This document shows positions 1 through 6,266 of a DNA stretch of 10,406 nucleotides, piece by piece. Positions within the stretch are counted from its first letter, which is position 1. The number at the start of each line of letters is the position of its first letter. The stretch spans positions 1 through 10,406 of the forward strand of contig CBDAFS010000002.1 in assembly GCA_965195285.1 (NCBI GenBank), written 5' to 3'. Made by a program: the position numbers and the translations under genes. This DNA comes from an uncultured Aminicenantes bacterium (GTDB taxonomy: Bacteria; Acidobacteriota; Aminicenantia; UBA2199). The notes beneath the pieces were generated by a model. It made no database searches. It was not told where the DNA came from and worked only from the letters and a program-made list of their open reading frames with translations.

Positions 1-121
1 ATGCGGAAAAAATATGGAATTTATGCCCGGATTGTGGGAAACGGATTGGATAAAAGATGATGAAACCGTGGTCTTATTCAATACCGGCAGCGGTCACAAG
101 TATTACCATTTATGGGATTAA
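1..121 (+). pseudogene. thrC: Threonine synthase remnant: N-terminal Zn-ribbon piece joined out of frame to the extreme C-terminus
   Basis: Frame 3 (3-41) reads AEKIWNLCPDCGK, like the N-terminal CxxC of this ThrC subfamily, and stops at 51-53. Frame 2 (32-121) reads LWETDWIKDDETVVLFNTGSGHKYYHLWD*, the ThrC C-terminal VVLFNTGSGxKY motif. The 5' end lies outside the window. Confidence 0.75.
80..113 (+). repeat. 34-bp direct repeat, copy 1 (within the thrC 3' end)
   Basis: AATACCGGCAGCGGTCACAAGTATTACCATTTAT, 32/34 identical to 2059-2092. Confidence 0.95.
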
Positions 122-132
122 GATCCAATTCA

Positions 133-199
133 ATATGAATGCAGCTACGTGAAGTACAAGTACGGCTTTTCGGTGTCTATCTATAGCTGCCTGTTATAT
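133..199 (-). other. Degenerate attC-like hairpin (may also terminate convergent transcripts)
   Basis: Minus strand reads ATATAAC-AGGCA-GCTATAGATAGAC..., with the methyltransferase TAA stop inside the R''-like heptamer. Inverted repeat GCAGCTA (141-147)/TAGCTGC (184-190). The distal end lacks a clean GTT. Confidence 0.45.
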
Positions 200-928
200 A
201 CTGAGTTCTCTTGTGAAATCACGACATCGCTGAATTCTTGGACTACGGCATTCATAGAAACGATACAAGGAGATCGACTTCGCCAGTCCAAATACTCTGC
301 ACACAACATCCTCGAAAAAGTACATCAATACCTCTTCAATTTCCCTTGCCGAGTTTACGTGTTCGTGCTTCATTAACAGTCCATAATCGAGCCCATACTT
401 CAGCTTGAACTCCAACCCGGTAGTCAATTTCCAACCCAGAGCCCAAAGGAATGTACCTTCGCTTGGTATGCCCGCACGGAACATACCATTCTCAGCCAAT
501 AATAATCCACTTTGGGCGACAACTTCCGGCAGGTTACAAATATGTTCCAAAGTAGCTATGGAAGTGATTCTTTCGTAGCAACAACTACTCGGTATTTCAG
601 AAATATCCGAATAGATATTTCTAATGTTTGCGAGAAGAGGTGAATCGTTGAAAAGCTCAATAAAAGGCTCAACAATGTCATACCGCCGAACATCAGGTTC
701 ATATTGCAGGTGCTTGAGAGTGCCCGCACCCAACTCCAAAGTTGCCCTTCTTGATTTCCTGAGGGTGACAATATCTTTTGCCACTTGCTTGTGTAACCAT
801 GACTCCATTCTTTGCGCAAGCGATGAAGCAGTTGTCTGTCCCTCTCGGTTTGACTTGTATTGAGCTGAATAAATTTCTTCGATCTCTTTTGGTAATGGAG
901 GACGTGTCTTGGGAAATTTCTCAAACAT
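194..928 (-). CDS. Class I SAM-dependent methyltransferase (244 aa)
   Basis: Motif I TLELGAGT, acidic motif YDIVEP, and ITSIATLEHI...LLAENG typical of Methyltransf_11/23-like proteins. Confidence 0.85.
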   Translation of the reverse strand: MFEKFPKTRPPLPKEIEEIYSAQYKSNREGQTTASSLAQRMESWLHKQVAKDIVTLRKSRRATLELGAGTLKHLQYEPDVRRYDIVEPFIELFNDSPLLANIRNIYSDISEIPSSCCYERITSIATLEHICNLPEVVAQSGLLLAENGMFRAGIPSEGTFLWALGWKLTTGLEFKLKYGLDYGLLMKHEHVNSAREIEEVLMYFFEDVVCRVFGLAKSISLYRFYECRSPRIQRCRDFTRELSI

Positions 929-948
929 TAAGGTTCCATTTGTCTAGT

Positions 949-955
949 GCATAAC
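949..955 (-). other. attC R' core-like site GTTATGC (cassette head)
   Basis: Minus strand ACGCT-GTTATGC lies 20 nt before the ATG at 928; the rest of the attC is missing. Confidence 0.45.
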
Positions 956-966
956 AGCGTAAAACA

Positions 967-991
967 GAGTCAGGTCTTTGATTTTCACATT
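967..991 (+). repeat. Possible solo copy of a GGGGTCAGGTCTTG-type extragenic repeat
   Basis: GAGTCAGGTCTTTGATTTTCACATT resembles, from memory, the GGGGTCAGGTCTTG...ACATT repeats seen next to IS200/RAYT-like transposases; only one copy here. Confidence 0.3.
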
Positions 992-1548
992 CACTTTTTT
1001 CCCAAAAGGACCGCACGGTTTCGACCTATCTTGGGACTGTTCAATACATTAAAACCATTCTGTTCGGCAATAGAAATAGTTATTTTAAAATCCTTTTCTG
1101 ACACATGCCCCTTTGGTTCTACTACAAAAAATGTTCCGATAGGTTTTATCGTTTCATATATCTGAGAAAAAAACGTGTGAGCATCAGGAACTTCGTGTAC
1201 CACAGCAGATGCAAAAGCGAAATCGATTTTTTCCTTAAGGTCATCCAGACCAAGTGAATTATGGTTACATATACGTGTTTCAATTCTATTGGCCAATCCT
1301 GCTTTCTGTGCGCGTTTTTCGAGTGATTTAATCATCTTCTCCTGTACATCCACACATATGACTTTCCCTTTCGAACCGATCATCTGTGCAAGAGGCAAAC
1401 TGAAGAAACCCATTGCACAGCCAATATCTAAAACCTTCATCCCGTCCTTCACATATGGAGCGAGTATCTTTTTGGGATTTTCAAATAATTTTCTTACCGG
1501 ACTAGCAAGAAGATAACCAACCCATACCGGACACACTCTCTCAGGCAT
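991..1548 (-). CDS. Class I SAM-dependent methyltransferase, UbiE/Methyltransf_31-like (185 aa)
   Basis: VLDIGCAMGFFS motif I, VICVDVQEKMI, DFAFASAVVHEV. Start placed at ATG 1548 (MPERVCP) after a purine-rich AGGGTGGA; the ORF track starts at GTG 1557. Confidence 0.9.
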   Translation of the reverse strand: MPERVCPVWVGYLLASPVRKLFENPKKILAPYVKDGMKVLDIGCAMGFFSLPLAQMIGSKGKVICVDVQEKMIKSLEKRAQKAGLANRIETRICNHNSLGLDDLKEKIDFAFASAVVHEVPDAHTFFSQIYETIKPIGTFFVVEPKGHVSEKDFKITISIAEQNGFNVLNSPKIGRNRAVLLGKK

Positions 1549-1639
1549 TATTTCCACCCTTTCTTTTTTTCTTTCGTGAAATGTATTTTTCTTGATTTTC
1601 AGTTATCATTGATTTCACCTTTACACTCGAAATGAACGG

Positions 1640-1668
1640 TTTCGGCCCGCTGGAGTGAATCATTATAG
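1640..1668 (-). other. Left half (R''-L'') of a degenerate attC
   Basis: Minus strand CTATAAT-GATTC-ACTCCAGCGG has the spacing of AAC-N5-(G)CTCCAGCGGAC-type attC sites and contains the upstream gene's TAA; no right arm found. Confidence 0.45.
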
Positions 1669-2043
1669 GATTTTGTCATATAGTTTTTTGCATTCGGTAC
1701 AAAACCCCTGGGAAAATTCTATCTTGGAATGTGTGTCAAAATAGGTTTCAAAAGGTACCCATTCCTGGTTATTGCTATCATATATTTTTTTACACACGCA
1801 ACATATATGAAGAAATTCCTCCAAGTATTTTATTCTTTTTAGCAATTTTTTTGTTATTAATATAACCAAAATAGCCAAAACAATAACAATAAAAGATTCC
1901 AATATACTTTCTGTAAAATTAATTGGGGTTTGAGGTGTTTTAAATAGGACGTGGGGAAGGTCGATAATTTCATCCAGCCAAATAAAAATTATCACAAATC
2001 CAAATCCTATAGTTTCACAAATAATTATTTTCTTCTTTTCCAT
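1663..2043 (-). CDS. Small membrane protein (2 TM) with a C-terminal CxxCKKI...W...FSxGxCxxC putative metal-binding domain (126 aa)
   Basis: Two hydrophobic stretches, then ICCVCKKI...W...FSQGFCTEC. GGGAGA RBS upstream of ATG 2043. The ORF-track extension to 2088 is the antisense of the thrC repeat. Confidence 0.8.
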   Translation of the reverse strand: MEKKKIIICETIGFGFVIIFIWLDEIIDLPHVLFKTPQTPINFTESILESFIVIVLAILVILITKKLLKRIKYLEEFLHICCVCKKIYDSNNQEWVPFETYFDTHSKIEFSQGFCTECKKLYDKIL

Positions 2044-2058
2044 TGTTTTTTCTCCCAT

Positions 2059-2092
2059 AATACTGGCAGCTGTCACAAGTATTACCATTTAT
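2059..2092 (+). repeat. 34-bp direct repeat, copy 2 (displaced thrC 3' fragment)
   Basis: AATACTGGCAGCTGTCACAAGTATTACCATTTAT, 2 mismatches to 80-113; translates NTGSCHKYYHL. Confidence 0.95.
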
Positions 2093-2120
2093 TATATCGA
2101 AAACCCAATTTTTTCACAAT

Positions 2121-2148
2121 CCATAACATCGGGGGTAAAAAGTTGAGC
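2121..2148 (-). other. Collapsed attC-like remnant
   Basis: Minus strand GCTCAAC (perfect RYYYAAC, about 10 nt after the stop at 2158), 14 nt, then GTTATGG; no internal stem. Confidence 0.3.
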
Positions 2149-2157
2149 GTTCGTGCA

Positions 2158-2297
2158 TTAATCAATTTCCATACTGGTATTATAGCGAATATCAATAATT
2201 TCCAAATCTAACCATGTCCAATTCCCGTTTTCAAGCACCCAGATAAATGGATTAGTCCGTGAAGTCCGATGATTATTATGAAAATTATCCTTGTCAT
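2158..2297 (-). pseudogene. DUF6544-like membrane protein remnant: N- and C-termini only, frameshifted
   Basis: AGAGG RBS, then ATG 2297 gives MTRIIFIIIIGLHGLIHL. A second frame gives IWVLENGNWTWLDLEIIDIRYNTSMEID* (TAA 2160-2158). HGLIHL and WTWLxLEIxDIxYN are the two ends of this family as I recall it. Not in the ORF track. Confidence 0.65.
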
Positions 2298-2344
2298 CTT
2301 AAACCTCTATTATTTTTGCATAAAATTCTTAATATGCAAATTTG

Positions 2345-2416
2345 ACTTAACGGAAAATTAAGCCGCCTGAAAAAGCAGTACGCTTTTTCAGGTCGGTCTC
2401 GAACAGCTTATTAGGC
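2345..2416 (-). other. Integron attC recombination site (72 bp, slightly degenerate)
   Basis: Minus strand GCCTAAT-AAGCT-GTTCGAGACCGA-CCTGAAAAAGC-GTACT-GCTTTTTCAGG-CGGCTTAAT-TTTCC-GTTAAGT. Perfect 11-bp inner stem, 5-nt spacers, GTTRRRY end, arms close to the aadA-type GTTCAAGCCGAC...GCGGCTTAA. Confidence 0.8.
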
Positions 2417-2459
2417 GAAAATTTATGTGATTATAGTTATTTATGTTGAATGTCAATGA

Positions 2460-2756
2460 TTAGAAACTACGGCCACCGCCGTATCCTCCTCCGCCTCTAC
2501 CACCGCGACTTTCGGTGCGAGGGCGAGCCTCATTCACTTTAACCGCTCTTCCTTTTAGCTCTTTGCCATTTAGGCCATCGATTGCAGCCTGTCCTTCATC
2601 TTTAGAGGCCATCTCCACGAATCCGAATCCTTTTGATTGACCACTATACTTGTCTTTTATAATAGTGGCGGATTCAACCTGCCCGAATTCTTCTACAGCC
2701 AGCCGTAAGTCCTCTTCGGTGACCTCATACGACAAATTCCCTACATAGATCTTCAT
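2460..2756 (-). CDS. RRM (RNP-1) RNA-binding protein with Gly/Arg-rich tail
   Basis: RNP2 IYVGNL, RNP1 KGFGFVEM, VNEARPR, RGG-rich tail, AAGGAG RBS. Confidence 0.97.
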   Translation of the reverse strand: MKIYVGNLSYEVTEEDLRLAVEEFGQVESATIIKDKYSGQSKGFGFVEMASKDEGQAAIDGLNGKELKGRAVKVNEARPRTESRGGRGGGGYGGGRSF

Positions 2757-2864
2757 TCAAATCTCCTTTTGTACTAAATTATAAATTTGCACATTGCATA
2801 ACTATTACTAAACACCAATATATGTTTTATAAGAAAAAAGAAAAAAATTCAATAAACAATTGAA

Positions 2865-3128
2865 TTATATTTGTAAATTGGGGAAAAATAGGCAAAATTT
2901 GTTGTTTTTGCTTTGGATGCCTGCGATACCTACTAATTTATTATCCAAAATCACATAAAACCCTGACTCGAAATTTGTAGCTGCCTGGATGAGTCGTAAT
3001 GCTTTGTCTTTCTTCTTAATCAAAACTCTCATTTTAATATAAAACGATTCATACAATAATTTTATAGCCTGACTTCTAAGGGTATTGGGTAGTAATTGAA
3101 CTATTTCTATTCTATTAGTAGATTGCAT
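2865..3128 (-). pseudogene. 3'-truncated GNAT-family acetyltransferase (N-terminal part)
   Basis: QAIKLLYESF...DNKLVGIAGIQ resembles GNAT N-terminal helices and strands; no acetyl-CoA-binding motif A (R/QxxGxG/A); ends in AT-rich sequence. Confidence 0.5.
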
Positions 3129-3215
3129 TATCTTTTATTTGTATCAAATATTTATATTTAAAACAAAATAATCTTTCGTTTATTATGGCTTTGACTTATA
3201 TATTGTTATCAGCTT

Positions 3216-3464
3216 TTATTCAATAGATTTAATAAGTTTGAATATTAAAACATCTCTGGCAGGTATTTTAACCGAATATGAGATTTTGGTGTTTCCAATG
3301 AATTTGTCTTCCCAAAGATTTATTACATTATAGGTATGGGTATTTGGAAAATCTTTTATATTGATTTTGCCCCAATTAATGGTAAAGTCTTTGTCTTTAA
3401 TTTCAAGATTTAATAAACACACTGCAACGCTTTTTTTTATACGTTTGGCCAATTGCTTGTTCAT
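3216..3464 (-). pseudogene. GH27 alpha-galactosidase remnant: first 7 residues fused in frame to the C-terminal beta-sandwich domain
   Basis: VAVCLLN...INW...YNVINLW...IPARDVLIFKL matches the Melibiase_C pattern. MNKQLAK matches the start preceding TPPMGWNSW. The catalytic barrel is absent. It starts 10 nt after a sugar-type SSS gene. Confidence 0.7.
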
Positions 3465-3474
3465 AAATCCGGGA

Positions 3475-5061
3475 TTACGAAAATAAAATGTAAATGCTTA
3501 TAACGATAATGGTGATTACTATGCTGAAAACCTTGAGGTGTTTCCAAGGAGTAATATTTACATCATGGGAAAAAACCTGTCGATAAGCTTCTTCTCTTGG
3601 GGCAATTTTTCCGATAATTAACATAACAGCCACATTAAGCACAAATAATATGGCCATGACATGCAGATAGTGCGGATAGTTATCAGATCCAAATATATAT
3701 GGTTTTAAAATAAATTGACTGATACTGTATAATATTACCCCGGACAGGATTGCAATTTTTGCCGCTATGGGCGGAACATATTTTGTAAATATCCCCACCA
3801 AAATAATGGTGAGAATAGGGATGCTGTAGCAGCCGTTCACTTCCTGCAAATAACCAAATAAACCATGGGGAGCTTTGGCAATTAAAGGCGCAATGCTCAT
3901 GGACATAATAGCCAATATAACGCCATAGAGCTTACCGGCTTTTACGGTTTTCACCTCATTGGCTTCTCTGTTGATATACGTTTTGTAAATATCCAAACTA
4001 AATAAGGTTATTGAACTGTTAACGGCTGAATTAAATGAACTTAGAATCGCCCCAAAAAGCACGGCAGCAAAAAACCCCAGCAAATATGCCGGTAATACAC
4101 TGTTTACAAGCATGGGATAGGCTTGGTCCGGATTTTCCAAAATACCGCCAAACATATGAAAAGCGATAATACCGGGCAGAACAACGATCAGCGGTCCCAA
4201 AATTTTAATGAAAGCTGCCAATAACAGCCCTTTTTGCCCTTCTTTCAGATTTTTTGCTCCCAGTGCCCGTTGAATAATCGCCTGATTGGTTCCCCAATAA
4301 AACAATTGTACCAGCATCATTCCTGTAAAAATGGTGGAAAAAGGCACCGAAGCAGTGCTGTTACCGATTATATTAAATTTTTCGGGATGTGTCTGAAACA
4401 ACACATCAATACCATTCAAAACATTACCCGAACCAATAGCCATTAAGCCGAAAACAGGAATCATGGCGCCTCCTATTAACAGGCCTACGGCATTAATTGT
4501 ATCCGAAACAGCGACCGCTTTTAGCCCTCCGGAAATGGCATAAATAGACCCGATGATGCCAATTCCCCAAACGGTAATCCACAGCGCAGTTGTTTCCGAA
4601 ACCTTAAGAAGCCCGGATACATTAAACATGGTGCTTATAGCCAGAGCGCCGGAATACAACACAATTGGCAAGAGCACAATCATATAGCCGCTTAAAAACA
4701 GGGCGGAGGTTATGGTTTTGGTTTTTTTATCATATCGATTTTCCAAAAATTGAGGAATAGTGGTGATTCCTCCCTTTAAATACTTTGGCAACAGTACGAT
4801 TGCGGTTAAAACCATAGCAATAGCAGCAAGTGTTTCCCATGCCATTACCAATATACCTTCTCTGCTGGCCGCGCCATTCAATCCAACAATTTGTTCGGTA
4901 GACAAGTTGGTAAGTAATAAAGAACCGGCTATTACAACACCCGTTAAACTTCTTCCTCCGAGAAAATACCCATCAGCGGTTTTCCCTGCTTTTTTTCTGG
5001 TTAAAATATATGTGATTATGGCAACCAATGCCGTAAATACAAAAAAGGAGATTATTTGCAT
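3475..5061 (-). CDS. Sodium:solute symporter, YidK-like (probable sugar/polyol uptake)
   Basis: GYFLGGRSL, SLLLTNLSTEQIVGLNG, FYWGTNQAIIQRALGA and many TM segments; 528 aa. Confidence 0.95.
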   Translation of the reverse strand: MQIISFFVFTALVAIITYILTRKKAGKTADGYFLGGRSLTGVVIAGSLLLTNLSTEQIVGLNGAASREGILVMAWETLAAIAMVLTAIVLLPKYLKGGITTIPQFLENRYDKKTKTITSALFLSGYMIVLLPIVLYSGALAISTMFNVSGLLKVSETTALWITVWGIGIIGSIYAISGGLKAVAVSDTINAVGLLIGGAMIPVFGLMAIGSGNVLNGIDVLFQTHPEKFNIIGNSTASVPFSTIFTGMMLVQLFYWGTNQAIIQRALGAKNLKEGQKGLLLAAFIKILGPLIVVLPGIIAFHMFGGILENPDQAYPMLVNSVLPAYLLGFFAAVLFGAILSSFNSAVNSSITLFSLDIYKTYINREANEVKTVKAGKLYGVILAIMSMSIAPLIAKAPHGLFGYLQEVNGCYSIPILTIILVGIFTKYVPPIAAKIAILSGVILYSISQFILKPYIFGSDNYPHYLHVMAILFVLNVAVMLIIGKIAPREEAYRQVFSHDVNITPWKHLKVFSIVITIIVISIYILFS

Positions 5062-5105
5062 TATAGGTTCAAATTTGGTCTAATTTTAAAAAAAGGTGTC
5101 TTTCC

Positions 5106-6242
5106 CTATTTTTTTTTATCAATACACTTCGTTGATTCTGAATATCTACCAAAGTTTGATACCGCCTTTTTCAATGTACTGCCGTGCGAAGTGAAAACAG
5201 ATTCATAGTTGCTGACAATAAAAGTGTTTTGCACACATCCGATGTTATACTCCACGCTGTAATCATGAAAAAACTGCTCAACTGGACCGGTGAAAAAAGC
5301 ATGAATATCCAGCATTTTCACAGGAGTTTGGCACGAAAAATCAAAACTCTCAAAATCAAGCGTTTTGATCTCAGGTGATGGTTTTGTTTTAAAGTAAATC
5401 TTGCAAGCCTTAAGATCAAAAACGGTTGACCATTGAGTTCCACTCCAGCTAAATTTTCTTAACATCTCAAAACCATAGTCAATAGCTGGGGATTTGGAAG
5501 GATCAAATTCTTTGATCATTTTTGCGCCATAATTAAAAACTGGCATCTGATCATTTTCCAAATCAATTTTTTTACTTCCCCCAAAACCTTCGTATTCTTT
5601 GATCAATTTTAATTCTTTAGCATAAGCTGTATTTGCCAGTACAGGTATGGGTAAGTCCTTACCTTTGAATACAACCACTTTTTCATCTAAAAACTCAATT
5701 ACAGCCGCATTTCCCTCTCTATCAGCGGTAAAGAAGTGCCAACTCCACCCTTCGATAGTCAAATCATGCGCACTCTTGACGACTTGCTCAATCGATTCAA
5801 AACTATCGAGAACATACTGCATCCACAAACACATGAAAATCTTTGGCTTAGAATCATCAGTTGGCCAACTGGTTCCGGCAAGGGACATTTCCTCGATAAA
5901 AAGACCTGCTTCGTTCATTCCCCCATCCGGAAAATCCCGACAGAATCTATTGAAAGTAATCGAGCCGTACTTGGAAGTCCATTGCATTGGAGGATTCGGG
6001 ATACTCTGGCTGTATGCCAATTCAGTCCAGGATCTGCACTGCTTTTGTATGCCCTGCTTGTTTACAACGACGACACCGTGAGCATGTTTCCCTTTGTCTA
6101 GATTATGCCCAACGATCAAGGTTGAATCTCTTTTTAACATGAAGGTTGAGCAAGAGTGAGCGTCCGCCTTAGGGTCTTCTCCTTTCAAAGAAAGAAACAG
6201 AATAATGATTAACCAGACTACAAGTCTCATATTATTTTTCAT
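5106..6242 (-). CDS. Secreted linear amide C-N hydrolase (choloylglycine hydrolase/penicillin V acylase family, Ntn hydrolase)
   Basis: Signal-peptide-like N-terminus, then nucleophile motif CSTF, GHNLD, DGGMNEAGL, WHFFTADREG..VIEF, TQWSTVFD. Confidence 0.9.
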   Translation of the reverse strand: MKNNMRLVVWLIIILFLSLKGEDPKADAHSCSTFMLKRDSTLIVGHNLDKGKHAHGVVVVNKQGIQKQCRSWTELAYSQSIPNPPMQWTSKYGSITFNRFCRDFPDGGMNEAGLFIEEMSLAGTSWPTDDSKPKIFMCLWMQYVLDSFESIEQVVKSAHDLTIEGWSWHFFTADREGNAAVIEFLDEKVVVFKGKDLPIPVLANTAYAKELKLIKEYEGFGGSKKIDLENDQMPVFNYGAKMIKEFDPSKSPAIDYGFEMLRKFSWSGTQWSTVFDLKACKIYFKTKPSPEIKTLDFESFDFSCQTPVKMLDIHAFFTGPVEQFFHDYSVEYNIGCVQNTFIVSNYESVFTSHGSTLKKAVSNFGRYSESTKCIDKKK

Positions 6243-6266
6243 CTTAACCCTCTCTACATATTCAAA

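Larger units (their letters stand above)
133..2802 (-). mobile_element. Decayed integron-type gene cassette array with no integrase in the window (CALIN-like)
   Basis: Short, co-oriented, unrelated genes; one near-canonical attC (2345-2416); GTTATGC core-like sites shortly upstream of two start codons (955-949, 2802-2796); R''-like sites overlapping or just after three stop codons (199-193, 1668-1662, 2148-2142). Confidence 0.6.

Noticed and set aside
149-1516. ORFs 149-376, 556-924, 624-863, 947-1165 and 1289-1516
   Set aside because: Antisense or alternate-frame shadows of the two methyltransferases, with no recognisable motifs.
2044-2088. N-terminal extension MVILVTAASIMGEKT of the membrane protein
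   Set aside because: It is largely the reverse complement of the thrC repeat, and a better RBS precedes ATG 2043.
1951-2211. Plus-strand 86-aa ORF containing NTGSCHKYYHL
   Set aside because: The ThrC-like words come only from the 34-bp repeat; the rest is antisense to the membrane gene and the DUF6544-like remnant.
2206-2212. Minus-strand GTTAGAT, a perfect GTTRRRY
   Set aside because: It lies inside the W-L-D codons of the remnant gene and has no partner arm.
2366-2392. 11-bp hairpin as a simple rho-independent terminator
   Set aside because: No U-tract directly follows the stem, and the flanks fit attC boxes and spacers better. A secondary role as a 3' hairpin is not excluded.
2824-2852. 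Possible sigma70 promoter TTGAAT-N17-TAAAAC upstream of the RRM gene
   Set aside because: Weak -10 in extremely AT-rich sequence; not distinguishable from chance.
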